DNA from: Octopus sinensis
Lineage: Eukaryota
Direction: 5' to 3'
Assembly: GCF_006345805.1 (NCBI RefSeq)
Contig: NC_043007.1
Span: 15,066,001-15,130,000 of the forward strand
DNA length: 64,000 nucleotides
Within the stretch, counting starts at the first letter, position 1, and each line of letters starts with the position of its first letter. The position numbers and the translations under genes are program-made. The notes beneath the pieces were generated by a model that was not told where the DNA came from, searched no databases, and was given only the letters and a program-made list of their open reading frames with translations. Shown here piece after piece: positions 38,477 through 52,826 of this stretch.

Positions 38477-38870
38477 GGATAGGATAGGAAGCACTCCGTC
38501 GGTTACGACGACGAGGGTTTCGGTTGATCCGAATCAACGGAACAGCCTGCTCGTGAAATTAACGTGCAAGTGGCTGAGCACTCCACAGACACGTGCACCC
38601 TTAACGTAGTTCTCGGGGATATTCAGCGTGACACACAGAGAGTGGCAAGGCCGGCCCCTTGAAATACAGGTACAACAGAAACAGGAAGTAAGAGTGAGAG
38701 AAAGTTGTGGTGAAAGAGTACAGCAGGGATCACCATCCCCTGCCGGAGCCTCGTGGAGCTTTTAGGCGTTTTCGCTCAACAAACACTCACAACGCCCGGT
38801 CTGGGAATCGAAACCGCGATCCTATGACCGCGAGTTCGCTGCCCTAACCACTGGGCCATTGCGCCTCCAC
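38477..38870 (-). mobile_element. SINE type C, full length, nested in a SINE A head
   Basis: Head GGAGGCGCAATGGCCCAGTGGTTAGGGCAGCG...GGTTTCGATTCCC; exact 13-bp TSD ACTCAGAATGTAG at 38464-38476 / 38871-38883. Confidence 0.93.
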
Positions 38871-39398
38871 ACTCAGAATGTAGCGGCAGACGAAATACCG
38901 TTAAGCATTTCGCCTGGCGTGCTAACGTTTCCGCCAGCTCACCGCATTACTCTTCTTGGAATTTCTGACCCCACCTTGGATCTCTTGACCACAATCTGAA
39001 TCCCGCTTGCAAAGAGCATATATATCAACGATAGTTTATAATTATATAGCGTACATAGGTCTAAATAGTTACCGCAAGAGGTATGCAACATACAAGAATA
39101 AACTCATACTGTAAATATCCAACGAAATGCACAAAATCCACAACATGAGCCAGAGAAGGTCGATATCTGATAGAAGTACACAACCTGGGTTGCACAAACA
39201 ATACACAATATAAAAACTAATACAGTGTAGATATCAACACATAAGAGGTATCCATCATAGGATTCCTTGCACGCTAGAAAGAACAGCTAAGTTCCAAACG
39301 ACTATTAGGGATAAAACTTCGGAGGGAATGAAAAAAAAAAACATCTACCATCTAACTCTTGTAACACACATACATACATACATACATACATACATACA

Positions 39399-39431
<33 letters not shown>

Positions 39432-39544
39432 GCATGTATATATATATATATATATATAATATATATACATACATGCATGTTATATATCTGTGTGTGTAAG
39501 TGTGCGCATATAGTTTTTATATACGTAGTTTATATAGTTATGTA

Positions 39545-39575
<31 letters not shown>

Positions 39576-40299
39576 GGGTGTATGGGTGTGGGTGTGTGTG
39601 TGTGTGTGTGGTGTGTGTGTGCCTGTGTGTGTGTGTGAGTGTGTGGGTGTGTGCGTGTGTGTGTGTGAAGGAAACGTATATTTAGCTCTATACACTCATA
39701 CCACGCACTTACACATTCGCGTGTGGCCGCACACTACCGTTGATGATGAATTTAATAAGTTTATTGTTCTATACTAAATGCATGTGACTCATTCAATGAT
39801 CTGAAAAGACAAAGGAAAAAAAGAATAGCCGCGATAGAAAAGATAAAACTTGAACACAGTCGTGTTTTTAATGCACGTCAAAACAAGAAAATCTCTTGTA
39901 GAGTACACACCAGACACCCGCATACTTATTTGGTATTTACATATATATCTGTATATGTATGCATGTATTTATGTATGTATGAATTTATGTATGTATGTAT
40001 GTATGTGTGTGTATGTATGTATGTATGTATGTATGTATGTATGTATGAATGAATGTATGTATGTATGTATGTTTGTATGTATGTTTGTATGGATGTTTGT
40101 ATGTGTGTATGTATGTATGTATGTATGTATGAATGTATGTATGTTTGTTTGTATGTATGTATGTATATATGTATGAATGTATGTATGTATATATGCATGA
40201 ATGTATGTATGTATGTATCTATGTATGTTTGTATGTATGTATGTATGTATGTATGTATCTATGTATGTTTGTATGTATGTATGTATATGTGTGTGGTTG

Positions 40300-40772
40300 G
40301 AGGAAAAGAGTGCACAGTGGTTGATCGAAGTTCGAAAGAGAGAGAATGAAGAACAAGAAAATCAAGAGAAGGCTTAGAAAGAATGAACCTGTGGAAAAAG
40401 AAGGAGTGATTCATTTTACGTGTATGATTTGTGGGAGGTAATGCTTGAGTCATGCAGGCCTGGTCAGCCAACAGAGAACTGAGAGGGATTGACCCCTTGT
40501 AAATTATGATACGGCCATTGTTCCCAACAGAACATGTGCAACATGTAGAAAGGTGTGCCTTTCAGTTGGAGAATTGAAAAGGCATGTCAAAAGGGTTCAC
40601 GTTGTGGTACCTGTTCCTTCTGCCAGCTAGCACAGCTGTGCATTATGCATAATGTGTGCATCATAGGCTGGGCTCAAGAGTCATATAAGGGCCTCATATT
40701 GCATCATCAATGACTCATTTCAATGATCCTTTGTAGTAATGGCTTTGCTCGTGTATGAGAAAGCAGCAGCTA
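40300..40772 (+). pseudogene. 3' end of an RTE-like LINE with three decayed C2H2 zinc fingers and a (TACA)n tail
   Basis: One frame: FERERMKNKKIKRRLRK...FTCMICGR*CLSHAGLVSQQR...TCATCRKVCLSVGELKRHVKRVH...CALCIMCAS*AGLKSHIRA, then short UTR and microsatellite tail. Confidence 0.72.
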
Positions 40773-40807
40773 TACATACATACATAATACATACACACAT
40801 ACATACA

Positions 40808-41200
40808 CTAGCAGTATCGCCCGGCGTTGCTCGGGTTTGTAAGGGAAATAACTATATAAGCATTTTTAGAGAGTTATAGCCAAAAAATAGCAAAAAAATG
40901 CATTAAAAATTGAAAAAAAATTAAGGTAAATTTTTTTTTAAATCGTTGACACATCGTAGATATTTTTAGAGAGTTACTTCCCTTATATAAAAGCGAAAAA
41001 ATGCATTAAAATGGAAAATATGATGGTAAATTTTTTTTAAATCGTAGAATCATCGTAGACGCACGCTAATACCCAGAAGGGCTCGATATGAATCACGACT
41101 ATAAGATACCCGCTTTTGGTTAAACTGCACCGCAAAATGTGGGAGTAGTTAGGAATCTAAATCGTAGGGACAGACACACAACTTCACTCTTATATAAAGA
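40808..41200 (-). mobile_element. Non-autonomous Helitron, full length
   Basis: Minus strand A|TC...CCCGAGCAACGCCGGG...CTAG|T; no TSD. Confidence 0.87.
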
Positions 41201-42382
41201 TGCTTTTTTTTTTCAGTCATAGAGTTAGATTTTGAAGGTCTTCAGTAGAAAATCCTTCAAATTCTGACTCGCTGCTTGATATAATGAAATTCGTATCCAT
41301 TTTGTGTCAGAATTACAAATTTTGAAAAAACAAATAGGAAACAAATTCGGAAAAAAATCCCATAATTCACGGAATTAAAATTACACTTCGATTTTGTACA
41401 AAACTGTAGTTGAAGTGTTTACGAAGTATAATACGTGTTTTCACGAATGTACTAAAGAGATTTGCTCTGATATTCTCATTTAAATATGAATAGGTAAATT
41501 CGGGCGGCTTGGTAACTATATAAAGTGTCGTCTGTTATACATAAACACGTTTCTACTGCAATTATATATACATATCTATATAAATATTATATAATAAATA
41601 TATACAGGTAAAAATAAAAACCAATTTACTTTTTGTCCGTCCGTGTCTTTGCAAATGTGTTGGAATGATAAGTGAGTTGAGTTTTGGCGCCTTTTTTACT
41701 AATAACAAACACACACGTGTTTGTATGTAGTTGTATGTGTATGTAGTTGTATGTAGTTGTATATGTATGTGTATGCGTGTGTGTGAGGAATGACACACCA
41801 CACTCACGCACGCACACATGTACATCAATGCTTTCGGAGTGATATGTTAAAATATTGAGTTTTCTCGATTTTGTCTTAATTGGTGGTAAAATTGAAAGAA
41901 ATTTTTTATGGCATACCCACTGAAGTACTCTGAAAAATCTTAGGTAAATTCTAATTGAAGAAATTGTGTGAGGAGTAAATGGTTATGTATTTATTTGTTC
42001 TGTTTGCTGTGTTTTTTTATTTTTTAGAGTAGTGGTTTAAATACTTTCAGTTTAGTCTCCTCAAATCACTCTGTCGCTATTTACTTTCATTTTCGTTGCA
42101 CTGTGTGTGTGCGTTTGCGTGTGGTGTAAACCCGACTAAGAAAAGCATTGACACACACACCACGAATGTGAGTTTTCTGTAAATTTTGCTTAATTGGAGT
42201 TTAAATTCTAAAAACTGGACCTGGTATGACGCGATGCATTGTACTCTTAAAAATGCTAGGTAAATTGTAATTGAAGAAATGCTATATTGTAGATTTCTAT
42301 AACTCCCAAAGGGAGGCAGATAAAATCTGCCTTTTATAATAAGAGATACACACATACATACATACATACATACATACATACA

Positions 42383-42417
<35 letters not shown>

Positions 42418-42436
42418 GTATGTATGTAATATATAT

Positions 42437-42853
42437 TACTCTTTTACTCTTTTACTCTTTTACTTGTTTCAATCATTTGACTGCGCCCATGCTGGAGCAC
42501 CGCCTTTAGTCGAGCAAATCGACCCTGGGACTTATTCTTTGTAAGCCCAGTACTTATTCTATCGGTCTCTTTTGCCGAACCGCTAAGTGACGGAGACGTA
42601 AACACACCAGCATCGTTTGTCAAGCAATGCTAGAGGGACAAACACAGACACACAAACATATGCACCCACATACATATATATACATATATACGACAGGCTT
42701 CTTTCAGTTTCCGTCTACCAAATCCACTCACAAGGCTTTTGTCGGCCCGAGGCTATAGCAGAAGACACTTGCCCAAGATGTCACGCAGTGGGACTGAACC
42801 CGGAACCATGTGGTTGGTTAGCAAGCTACTTACCACACAGCCACTCCTGCGCC
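42437..42853 (-). mobile_element. SINE type B, full length
   Basis: Head, core and (TAAAAGAG)n tail. Confidence 0.92.
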
Positions 42854-43176
42854 TATATATATATATATTTCTATAGATTGTGTGTACATTTAGGTGCATT
42901 ATTACTACTGCATGATTTAAACCTCCTCCTAGAATATCTAGTCACGTTCCACCAAACTTATTGGGTATTTCTAGCTCGATATGCAGAGAATATCTCGTGG
43001 AAAATTAATATACATAACAATAAATAAATAATACTTGCGTTTGTTTTACCTTTTCGTATAAAAATATAATATATATATATATATCTATAATATATATAAT
43101 ATATATATATAGATATATAATATATATATTATATATAATCTATATATAGTATGTATATATATATCTATATATATAT

Positions 43177-43209
<33 letters not shown>

Positions 43210-43627
43210 GTATGATATATATATATATTGTTATATATGAATATAGATATGTATATATATACGTATATAGTAATATATATATGATATATATATATATATA
43301 TGTATATAATATATATGTATATATATATATGTGTGGTGTTGTGTGGAGGCGCAATGGCCTAGTGGTTATATATATATATATATATACCTATATACCTAGT
43401 GGTATATAATATATAATATATATATATGTATATATGTATATATATATGTATATATATATATATATAATATATATATATATTATGTATATATAATATTAAT
43501 TAGAGACAAAACCACTATTATGCAAATCAAACAAAGAAAGACTTAATCCAATACATAAAAAATTCCCTAACATTTATTCTTATATATGTATATATATATA
43601 TGTATATACATATGGATATGTATATAC

Positions 43628-43658
<31 letters not shown>

Positions 43659-43663
43659 GTGTT

Positions 43664-43691
<28 letters not shown>

Positions 43692-43696
<5 letters not shown>

Positions 43697-43975
43697 AGGC
43701 GCAATGGCCTAGTGGTTAGGGCAGCGGACTCGCGGTCGTAGGATCGCGGTTTCCGATTCCCAGACCGGGCGTTGTGAGTGTTTATTGAGCGAAAACAGCT
43801 AAAAGCTCCACGAGGCTCCGGCAGGGGATGGTGGTGATCCCTGCTGTACTCTTTCACCACTCTTTCTTTCACTCTTTCTCCTGTTGGCATTATTCGAAGG
43901 CTAAAACAATGCGAACGCATTGTGACCAGCGATGTGTAAAACATCTGATGGTCTGGTCGGTCACGTGATCACGTG

Positions 43976-43976
<1 letters not shown>
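43692..43976 (+). mobile_element. SINE with type C head and a third 3' module
   Basis: C head to CTCTTTC, then ATTCGAAGGCTAAAACAATGCG...GGTCACGTGATCACGTGAT. Confidence 0.85.
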
Positions 43977-44011
<35 letters not shown>

Positions 44012-44441
44012 ATGTGCGTGCGTGTGTGTGTGTATGAAGGTTGTAAATGTTTTGGCATTGTGTAAAAGAAAATACAGGAGGATCAGTTAATTATGATTCT
44101 ATTCAACATATTCCCCCTTCCAGATTCACACACTTGTTGCAGCGGTCCTTCAGTTTTTCTAAACCATGTAAAAGAACTCGGGAGGTTGGGCCTCCAACAC
44201 CAGGTCTTTCGCAATACCCTTAAAGCCATACACACACTCACACAAACACACACACATATATATAATACAAAATGGGACAAGAACGCAAAGCATCCAGACA
44301 GTTAGGTGATACAAAAAGGGAAAACAAAACATCCAGATAGACGACACAAAGAAAACAAGGACGGGTCATTCGAAGTTCTCTTTCCTCAGTCAAGCACCAG
44401 ATTATCCTCGCAATTTCGGCTTATACACACACACACACACA

Positions 44442-44813
44442 TCTTTATATATAAAAGAGAAGTTGTGTGTCTGTCTCCTACGATTTAGATTCCTAACTCC
44501 TCCCACATTTTGCGGTGCAGTTTAACCAAAACCGGGTATCTTATAGTCGTGATTCATATCGCGCGTCTACGATGAGTCTACGATTTAAAAAAAAATTTAC
44601 CATAATTTTTTTCCATTTTAATGCATTGTTTTCGCTATTATAAGGGAAGTAACTAAAAATGTCTACGAGAGTCAACGATTTAAAAAAAAATTTACCATCA
44701 TTTTTTTTCCATTTTTAATGCATTTTTTTGCTATTTTTTGGCTATAAATCTCTAAAAATGCTTATATAGATATTTCCCTTACAAACCCGAGCAACGCCGG
44801 GTGATACTGCTAG
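44442..44813 (+). mobile_element. Non-autonomous Helitron, full length
   Basis: A|TCTTTATATATAAAAG...CCCGAGCAACGCCGGG...CTAG|T; internal tandem duplication. Confidence 0.87.
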
Positions 44814-45310
44814 TATATATATATAAAAGACTAATAAACTTATCATGAACTCCTCATTAGTAGTTCATAATTATTATTAATTACCATAAGCCTTTCATCT
44901 AAACACCAAAGATTAGTTTAGTTTGTATTTGAAAGCAAATATTAATATCAATTGCTTTTCCGACGAGCAAACTTCTCCATAACTGATGTTTCCTTCGTAT
45001 CACGTTACTCACCGACTACCACAGCTCAATCCACAGACATGGTGAAACATTCTTTATCAATTTCCAGAAATAACGGAGAGATTTCTAAATAGTTAACATT
45101 TTCTTGGCAGTCGATTAATCTATTTGTGTGCATACGTGTATGTGTGTATGTGTGTGCGTGCGTGCGTCTTTGTATGCGTGTTTGCTTTCTCACCTACTCT
45201 CTGTTTCTTCCTGACTGCAAATTTCTATCTATCTATCAGTTTATCTATCCTTCTATCTGTCTGTCTGTTTGTTTGTCTTCTTGCTCTTTGTCTTACATAT
45301 CTCTAGACTA

Positions 45311-45366
<56 letters not shown>

Positions 45367-45429
45367 TACACTATTTATGTTGTATATATATATATATGGA
45401 TAGAGTTACTATTTTTTTGAATGACTTTT

Positions 45430-45890
45430 GTCAATATTATGATTTTTTTTCCTTTTGACATTTGACAGCCATTACTTTTAGCTTACTTTAGAAGCAAACT
45501 ATGCGTAATTTTGTTTACAGCTGTTAGTTCAGTGTCAATTTTAATATGGATTGCAAAAACGAATATTTTCGCCATATTTTGCTTTTTATTTATTTCCGTA
45601 AAGGCAAGACAGTTGCTGAGGCTCGCAAAGAGAAGAGAAATGTGAAGTTTATGGTGTTGATTGCTTAACAGAACGCACATGTCAGAAATAGTTTTTAAAA
45701 TTCCGTTCTGGAGATTTTTCGCTCAAAGATGACCAAAGTTCTGGTCGACCTACTGAAGTTGATGATGACCTAATCAAGGCCATTATTGAATCTGATTGTC
45801 TTATAACTGTGTGAGAGATTGCATATTTAAAATGTGTTGGACTTTTTAAGCTCGATAGTTGGGTTCCACATAAATTGAAAGCGATTCACA
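45430..45890 (+). pseudogene. mariner transposase N-terminal remnant
   Basis: From ATG 45546: MDCKNEYFRHILLFIYFRKGKTVAEAR/CEVYGVDCLTERTCQK*FLKFRSGDFSLKDDQSSGRPTEVDDDLIKAIIE...KLDSWVPHKL (GRP and WVPH motifs). Confidence 0.88.
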
Positions 45891-46596
45891 TATGTATATT
45901 CTTGTGCATATTGGTATGGTTAACGTATACACAAGAAAACGGCAAGTATCCTTATTCCTGAGGACTACGAGTTAATTTTGTGTAAAGCCGACACTGCGAT
46001 ACGTGTTCAATCTACGGCTGAAATTATTCCCATCCAATCGCTAAATCTCTTTCAGATACAATAAACATAACTTATGGTAATTGCAGATAATCCATCGGAC
46101 GTCTTATCTAAATCAGTGGTTCAGAAATACTCTTAGTTTATTGTTATATTTTATGCTTAATCTTATCAGCTGTGTATTTTTATCTAAAAGGTTCCACCTG
46201 AAACTGATGTCAATAAGCGGCTTCCAATGTATACGGACTTCCTCCTTCTCATGTCTTGTCTCTTCCTGTATCAAATAATAATTATGATAAAAAGCCACCC
46301 ATTTTAGGATGGGCTTGGCAGTCAATAAGCCCGACTTCACCATATCGTCGGTACACTTATTTTACCATGATCCCGCAGAAGAATGAAAGAGAAAGTTGCT
46401 TGCACTAGGATTCGAACCCTGAAGACAAACAGCCAAGGTCGCATATTTTTGTGGGCAGAGTGCAGACGATTAGGTCGATCGACGTACTTTGCTTGTTTTT
46501 ATTTTATCGAGTGAAATATAGATTTGACCTCAGTGGTATTTGAACTTACAACATAATGATACGCAACTGAATGACTGGCACCGTGTATCATGTCAA

Positions 46597-46830
46597 GTGG
46601 AGGTACATGGCTTAGTGGTTAGGTTGTTGGATTCATGATCGTAAGATTGTGGTTTCGTTTCCTGGACCGGGGGTTGCGTTGTGTTCTTGAGCAAAGCATT
46701 CATTTCATGTTGTTCCAGTTCACTCAGCTGGAAAAAAATGAATAACTCTACTACGGACCGGTGTCCCGTTCAGAAAGGGATTTATACATGCGCCATGGAA
46801 ACCGGGAAACCGGCCTTAAAAGTTTGTATG
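46597..46830 (+). mobile_element. SINE type D, diverged
   Basis: GGAGGTACATGGCTTAGTGG...CACTCAGCTGG...GAAACCGGGAAACCGGCC. Confidence 0.8.
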
Positions 46831-47147
46831 ATTCGAGAAGGGTCGAAAGAGAAAAATGTATTGAAGAGATTTAATCAATTAAATAGAACTTAATATATGC
46901 TTAATTGAGAGCGGTGAGCAAGCAGAATCATTGCACGCCGTACAAAATGTTTAGTGGTATTTCTTCCGGCTTTTACGTTCTGAGTTCAGATTTCGTCAAA
47001 GTCGACTTTACCTTTCATCACTTTCGGGGTCGATAAAATAAGTATCAGTTGAACCCTGTAACAATCTCCAAAATTTCAGGCTTTGTGCCTAAAACAGAAA
47101 GAAAACAAACAATACAAACTATATATATGCCTATTTCTTTCTTTCCT

Positions 47148-47211
<64 letters not shown>

Positions 47212-47212
47212 G

Positions 47213-47610
47213 TTTTCTACTCTAGGTACATGGCCCTAAATTTTTGGGGAGGGGGCCAGTCGATTAGATAGACTCCAGTATGCAACTGGTACTTAATTTA
47301 TCGACCCCGAAAGGATGAAAGGCAAAGTCGATCTCGGCGGAATTCGAACTCAGAACGTAACGGCGGAATTCGAACTCAGAACGTAACGGCAGACGAAATA
47401 CCTATTTCTTTACTACCCCCAATGGGCTAAACACAGAGAGGACAAACAAGAAAAGACAAATGGATTAAGTCGATTACATCGACCCCAGTGCGTAACTGGT
47501 ACTTATTTAATGGACCCCGAAAGGATGAAAGGCAAAGTCGACCTCGGCGGAATTTGAACTCAGAACGCAGCGGCGGACGAAATACGGCTACGCATTTCGC
47601 CCGGCGTGCC
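47213..47610 (-). mobile_element. SINE type A dimer ending in the alternative tail
   Basis: Same layout as 10735-11130; internal tandem duplication GGCGGAATTCGAACTCAGAACGTAAC. Confidence 0.9.
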
Positions 47611-48243
47611 TTAACGCCTCTTTCTAAATTCATGAACCCTGGAAAACTAAACTGCTTTGACGACTGAATTCAATACAAACTATTCATTTTTATTTTTATT
47701 TTTTATTTTCTGAGTTCAAATCAGCTTAAGTTAACTTTGCCTTTCGTCGATCAAAAAATGATGGAAACTAAGTTACACTGGGAAGAATTTGAACTCAGAG
47801 CGTAGAAAACAGGAACTTATTTCAACAAAGCATTTAGTCCGTCGCTTTAACATTTTAATTTAATCTCTCCTTAATGAATTGTGATAGCAGATATATAAAC
47901 CGTTTCCCCAGAAACTGGCCCAAGATGTTCTTATCTCTGATGACGTCAGTTTACAGTCTCTAAGATCTCCAGACATGAAAGGTTGCCAATGTAATCAATG
48001 TTGCTGTTATCATCATCATCATCATCGTCATCATCGTCACTGCGTTTCTGTTGCTGCTGTTGTTGATTTTGTTTCTCAAGCACGGAGTCAGACTTGTGCC
48101 AGTAGATCTATAAAACGTAGACAGAGCTATCTACAGATCTCTTATTCAAGATATTCGGCAAGTATATATTTCACAATGTAGTGGATTTGGGGAGCCTAGT
48201 AAACAGGTCAATAATCAAAGCAATACCCTGTCGTGACCATACC

Positions 48244-48473
48244 TATTTCTTTATTACTCACAAGGGGCTAAACATAGAGGGGACAAACAAGGACAGACAA
48301 AGGGATTAAGTCGATTATATCGACCCCAGTGCGTAACTGGTACTTAATTTATCGATCCCGAAAGGATGAAGGGCAAAGTCGACCTCGGCGGAATTTGAAC
48401 TCACTACGTAACGGCAGACGAAATACGGCTACGCATTTCGCCCGGCGTGCTAACGTTTCTGCCAGCTCACCGC
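48244..48473 (-). mobile_element. SINE type A monomer
   Basis: Full copy; the empty site is visible in the paralogous segment near 38220. Confidence 0.9.
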
Positions 48474-49542
48474 TGTTTATTAGATTCAGTGTATTCAGTA
48501 TTACATTATTTAATGTGTCGAAGGTGGCGAGCCCGTAGAAACGTTAGCACGCTGGGCGAAGTGCTTGCGGTATTTACGTTCTGAGTTCGAATTCCGCCGA
48601 GGTCAACTTTACCTTTCATCTTTTCGGGGTCGACAAAATAAGTACCACTTGCGTACTGTTCTTTCTAGCGTGTTGAATTCCACGAGTGGATTCTTCATGT
48701 GTTTAAATGAACATTATATTTTATGACTAAAACAGTCTTTGGACTAAATGTTTACACGTTAGGCCACTGGAAATGAAACTTTTAATTAATTTCCATTTCC
48801 CTTTGATATGATTAAATATATATATATATATGTATGTATACGCACACATACACACAGACGCGCACAAACACACACACTCACACACACATAAAAGCAATAA
48901 TTGTATATACGGGCATTGTGTTTAGAGCCCGTTCGGTTACCTGCTAATTATGTATGTATGTATGTATGTATGTATGTATGTATGTATGTATGTATGTATG
49001 TATGTATGTATGTATGTATGTATGTATGTATGTATGTATGTATGTATGTATGTATGTACGTACGTACGTATCTAGCTAGCTAGCTAGCTACAGATATACG
49101 TATAGCTATTTGTTGCAAACGCCAAGTAACGATGAAAAATCCCAGCAATAGCTAGATTTGAACACGCAACGTAAAGAAGCCTTACTAAATACTACAACCA
49201 TTTTTATTGTGTTCTACTGATTCAGAAATGTTCTGTCCTATTTATAGTACGCCATATATATAATACGCCATATATATAATACGCCATATATATAGCATAC
49301 TACGCAATATCTACAACCACCTCCTAGTTTTTTTTTAATTGTTTGTCTATCTAATTATTCACCTATTTATTAAAATAGATATTTAAGTAAGTATTCCGCT
49401 CCACAGCTGTGTTTGCAAATGCTGTCTGATGACATGAGAAGATTAACCTAATTTGCATTCCTCAATCACTGTTTCCTGCTGTGAATATCACGCCATCTTT
49501 TGTTTTAAAGCTGACTAGTGTAATACATACATGCATAGATAC

Positions 49543-49601
<59 letters not shown>

Positions 49602-49943
49602 CATACATACATACATACATACATACATACGTACATACATGGATTGTGTAATGTAAATAGGAAAATAGAACTCAAAGCACGAGTATATATAATATTTTTT
49701 TAACTAATAAAAACCCAGCAGAAAGTTCAGAGTGACTCATGGGTCGAAGGTTTCGTGTGTAGGTACTTATAAGTGCCAATGCACCAACTTTCGGTTCTCG
49801 AAGTCACTCTATAACATCTGTCGTATATTAAAGAAAAAAAACGTACATGCATACAAACATGATATATATGATATGATATGATATGATATATATATATATA
49901 TATGATATGATATGATATCATATATATATATATATTATATATA

Positions 49944-49998
<55 letters not shown>

Positions 49999-51222
49999 AC
50001 CACATGCACACATCCTATAGATGGTTATTAGAGAGTGGTGTGAGGGAGCACTTGCTTTCGTCTTACATACATCTGTCGAATCATCTGTTGCCACGTTGTG
50101 ATCCCAAAGTTGATTCGATACTGATATATATGTTAATCCGAAAGGTTCTCTTTTAATCCTATTATTCAGTTTTCTAGTACACAGAACCATTTCAGCCTGC
50201 TTCAGGGATGCCTTCAGGAAACGTTTAAACGGCCGACATTCCAGTTTCTCGCGTCTAAACGAAAGAAACTTCGTCTCAGATCTTTGTTTATTCAAGTGAC
50301 GACCAACAGATACGTTAAGCGTTGAACAACCAAAGAAGAAACACAAGTCCTTATTCTATCATTAGTGCTGTGTTGACTTCAACAGACAAATTAAGTTCTC
50401 AAGCAACTCAATGTCATTAGTTAGCAATAGATAAGAACGCCATCGCAATATCTTTGAAGAGTGTTTTACTAGTTAGAATTGGTAAAATTTAAATTCCTAA
50501 TGGCTGAGATACATGGAGAGGAAAAAAATTCAGCTGTTTTGATTCAAGGTTTATACAGATCTATTAAGCCGGTACTTATCCTGATTTCTCGGCGCTCAAG
50601 CAAATTAAAATATCAAACCCTGTCACCACTATTTGAATGGGACTCCGTCTCTTGCAGGGTTGCACACGACGTCAGCCTACGAGAGGTCGCTGGAATTCAT
50701 TTTCAACTGATTGGAGTGAAGGTCCGTGAACCTTCCTCAAGAAGACAATATACTGCCCAGTGTTAAAATATACAATACAATATGCAGGACGTATTGAAGA
50801 CGTATTGAAGACGTATTGAAGACGTATTGAAGACGGCGTCCACAGTCTTATCGGTTACCGTAGACATTTGCACATTGACATTTAAAATCACATATTATGA
50901 TCACTTTAAACAAATAAGAGTAACCCGATGATTACAATAACGAGCTGATAACACGAAGCAAATAAAAAGTTTCGGACCCACTAAATTTGACGACAATAAA
51001 CGATTAATAACATTTATTTATTTATTTAATTTGTGACTCATCGTAAAGGAAATTAATAGTACGTAACTTTTTAACAAAGTACAGAGTTATCTCCCTGAAT
51101 ATTCCAAGGGCGTTAACTCGGAGACTAACCATGTAACAACTATCGATTAAGCCAATGAATCTCAGTCACTATCGATTACGCCAATGAATCTCAATCGCTG
51201 AACAGTATTTATTGACGGATTA

Positions 51223-51618
51223 GGTGGCGAGTTGGCAGAAACGTTACCACGCCGGGCGAAATGCTTAGCAGTATTTCGTCTGCCGCTGTGTTCTGAGTTC
51301 AAATTCCACCGAGGTCGACTTTGCCTTTTATCCTTTCGGGGTCGATTAATTAAGTACCAGTTACGCACTGGAGTCGATATATAACGACTTAATTCGTTTG
51401 TTTGTCCTTGTTCGTCCCCTCTGTGTGTGGCCCCTTGTGGGTAGTAAAGAAATAGGTATTCCGTATGCCGCTACGTTCTGACTTCAAATTCCGCCGAGGT
51501 CGACTTTGCCTTTCATCCTTTCGGGATTGATAAATTAAGTACCAGTAGCGTACTGGTGTCTATCTAATCGACTGGTCCCCTAACCAAAATTTCGGGCCTT
51601 GTGCCTAGTGTGGAAAAG
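51223..51618 (+). mobile_element. SINE type A dimer ending in the alternative tail
   Basis: Head, body, AAAGAAATA|GGTATT junction, body, ...TTTCGGGCCTTGTGCCTAG tail. Confidence 0.9.
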
Positions 51619-51666
51619 TAATTATTGACAGATTTATATATTATTCATTAAAGAGCTCGTAAAGTA

Positions 51667-52191
51667 CAGGGTCAGGCAAAATGATCTGACACATTTGAAG
51701 GTTAAATAAAAGGCAAATGAAGTAAAGTATTTTTGAAAAGTACATATAATGCCATTTTGTTTCATTATGTTTTAAAAATCAAATCAGTCAAATGGGATCC
51801 ATTATTGTCCACACACTGTCGAAGGCGTTCACGAAAGTTGTCAATAACTCGGCGGGTCATTTCATGTGGAATGGCAGTAATTTCTTGACAATTGCACCTT
51901 TAAGTTGGTCGGCCGGTTGATTTTCGTTTCAATGCAGATCCAGTAGCTCTGAAGTTGGTAACCCATAACAAGGTCGTGTTTCGAGCTGATACGGGATCAT
52001 GTCTACCAAGATTGAAGTGCAAACGGAACGCTCTTTGTGTTGCAGTTACAGAATCGTTTGTTTTGATAAACGTTTCCACAATGAAAGCGCGATGCTCACC
52101 AGTCCAATTCATGGCAGCAACTGAAAAAGAAACGAAAAACAATGCCTTTTATTTAACCTACAAATGTGTCAGATCATTTTGCCTGACTCTG
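51667..52191 (-). mobile_element. Internally deleted Tc1/mariner element (rosa/DD41D-like), complete ends
   Basis: ~48-bp TIRs CAGGGTCAGGCAAAATGATCTGACACATTTG.AGGTTAAATAAAAGGCA, TA TSDs; N-terminal ORF 51900-52112 joined to C-terminal QEITAIPHEMTRRVIDNFRERLRQCVDNNGSHLTDLIFKT*; DDD domain absent so subfamily is inferred. Confidence 0.9.
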
Positions 52192-52577
52192 TATATAACT
52201 CAAGAACGAATGGCTTCGCCATCACACAATACTGATCATTAATAATTTTTAAAAAATCGCAATATATATATACATAGACGCAGACGTGGCTGTGTCGTAA
52301 GAAGCTTGCTTCCTAATTACATGGTTCTGGGTGCAGTTCCACTACATGGCACAATGGGGGAAAATCTTCTATAGCCACGGGCCGATGGAAACTGAAGAAG
52401 CGCGTCGTATATATATATATATATATCGTATGTGTGATATATTGTATGGTATTGTGTGTGTGTGTTGTGTGTGTTGTAAGCTGTACTGAACACTTCTTTG
52501 AAAATCTAAGGTCTTTTGGTTTTAACGACAATAACTCCCGTTATATATATATATATATATATATATTTGTTAATCAA

Positions 52578-52746
52578 GGCGCAGGAGTGGCTGTGTGGTA
52601 AGTAGCTTTGCTAACAACCACATGGTTCCGGGTTCAGTCCACTGCGTGGCACCTTTGGCAAGTGTCTTCTGCTATAGCCCGGGCCGACCAATGCCTTGTG
52701 AGAGGATTTGGTAGACGGAAACTGAAAGAAAAACCTATCGTATATA

Positions 52747-52826
<80 letters not shown>

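Noticed and set aside
43692-43770. tRNA genes at SINE heads
   Set aside because: A/B boxes are present but they run into SINE bodies with tails and TSDs; no proper acceptor stem or terminator
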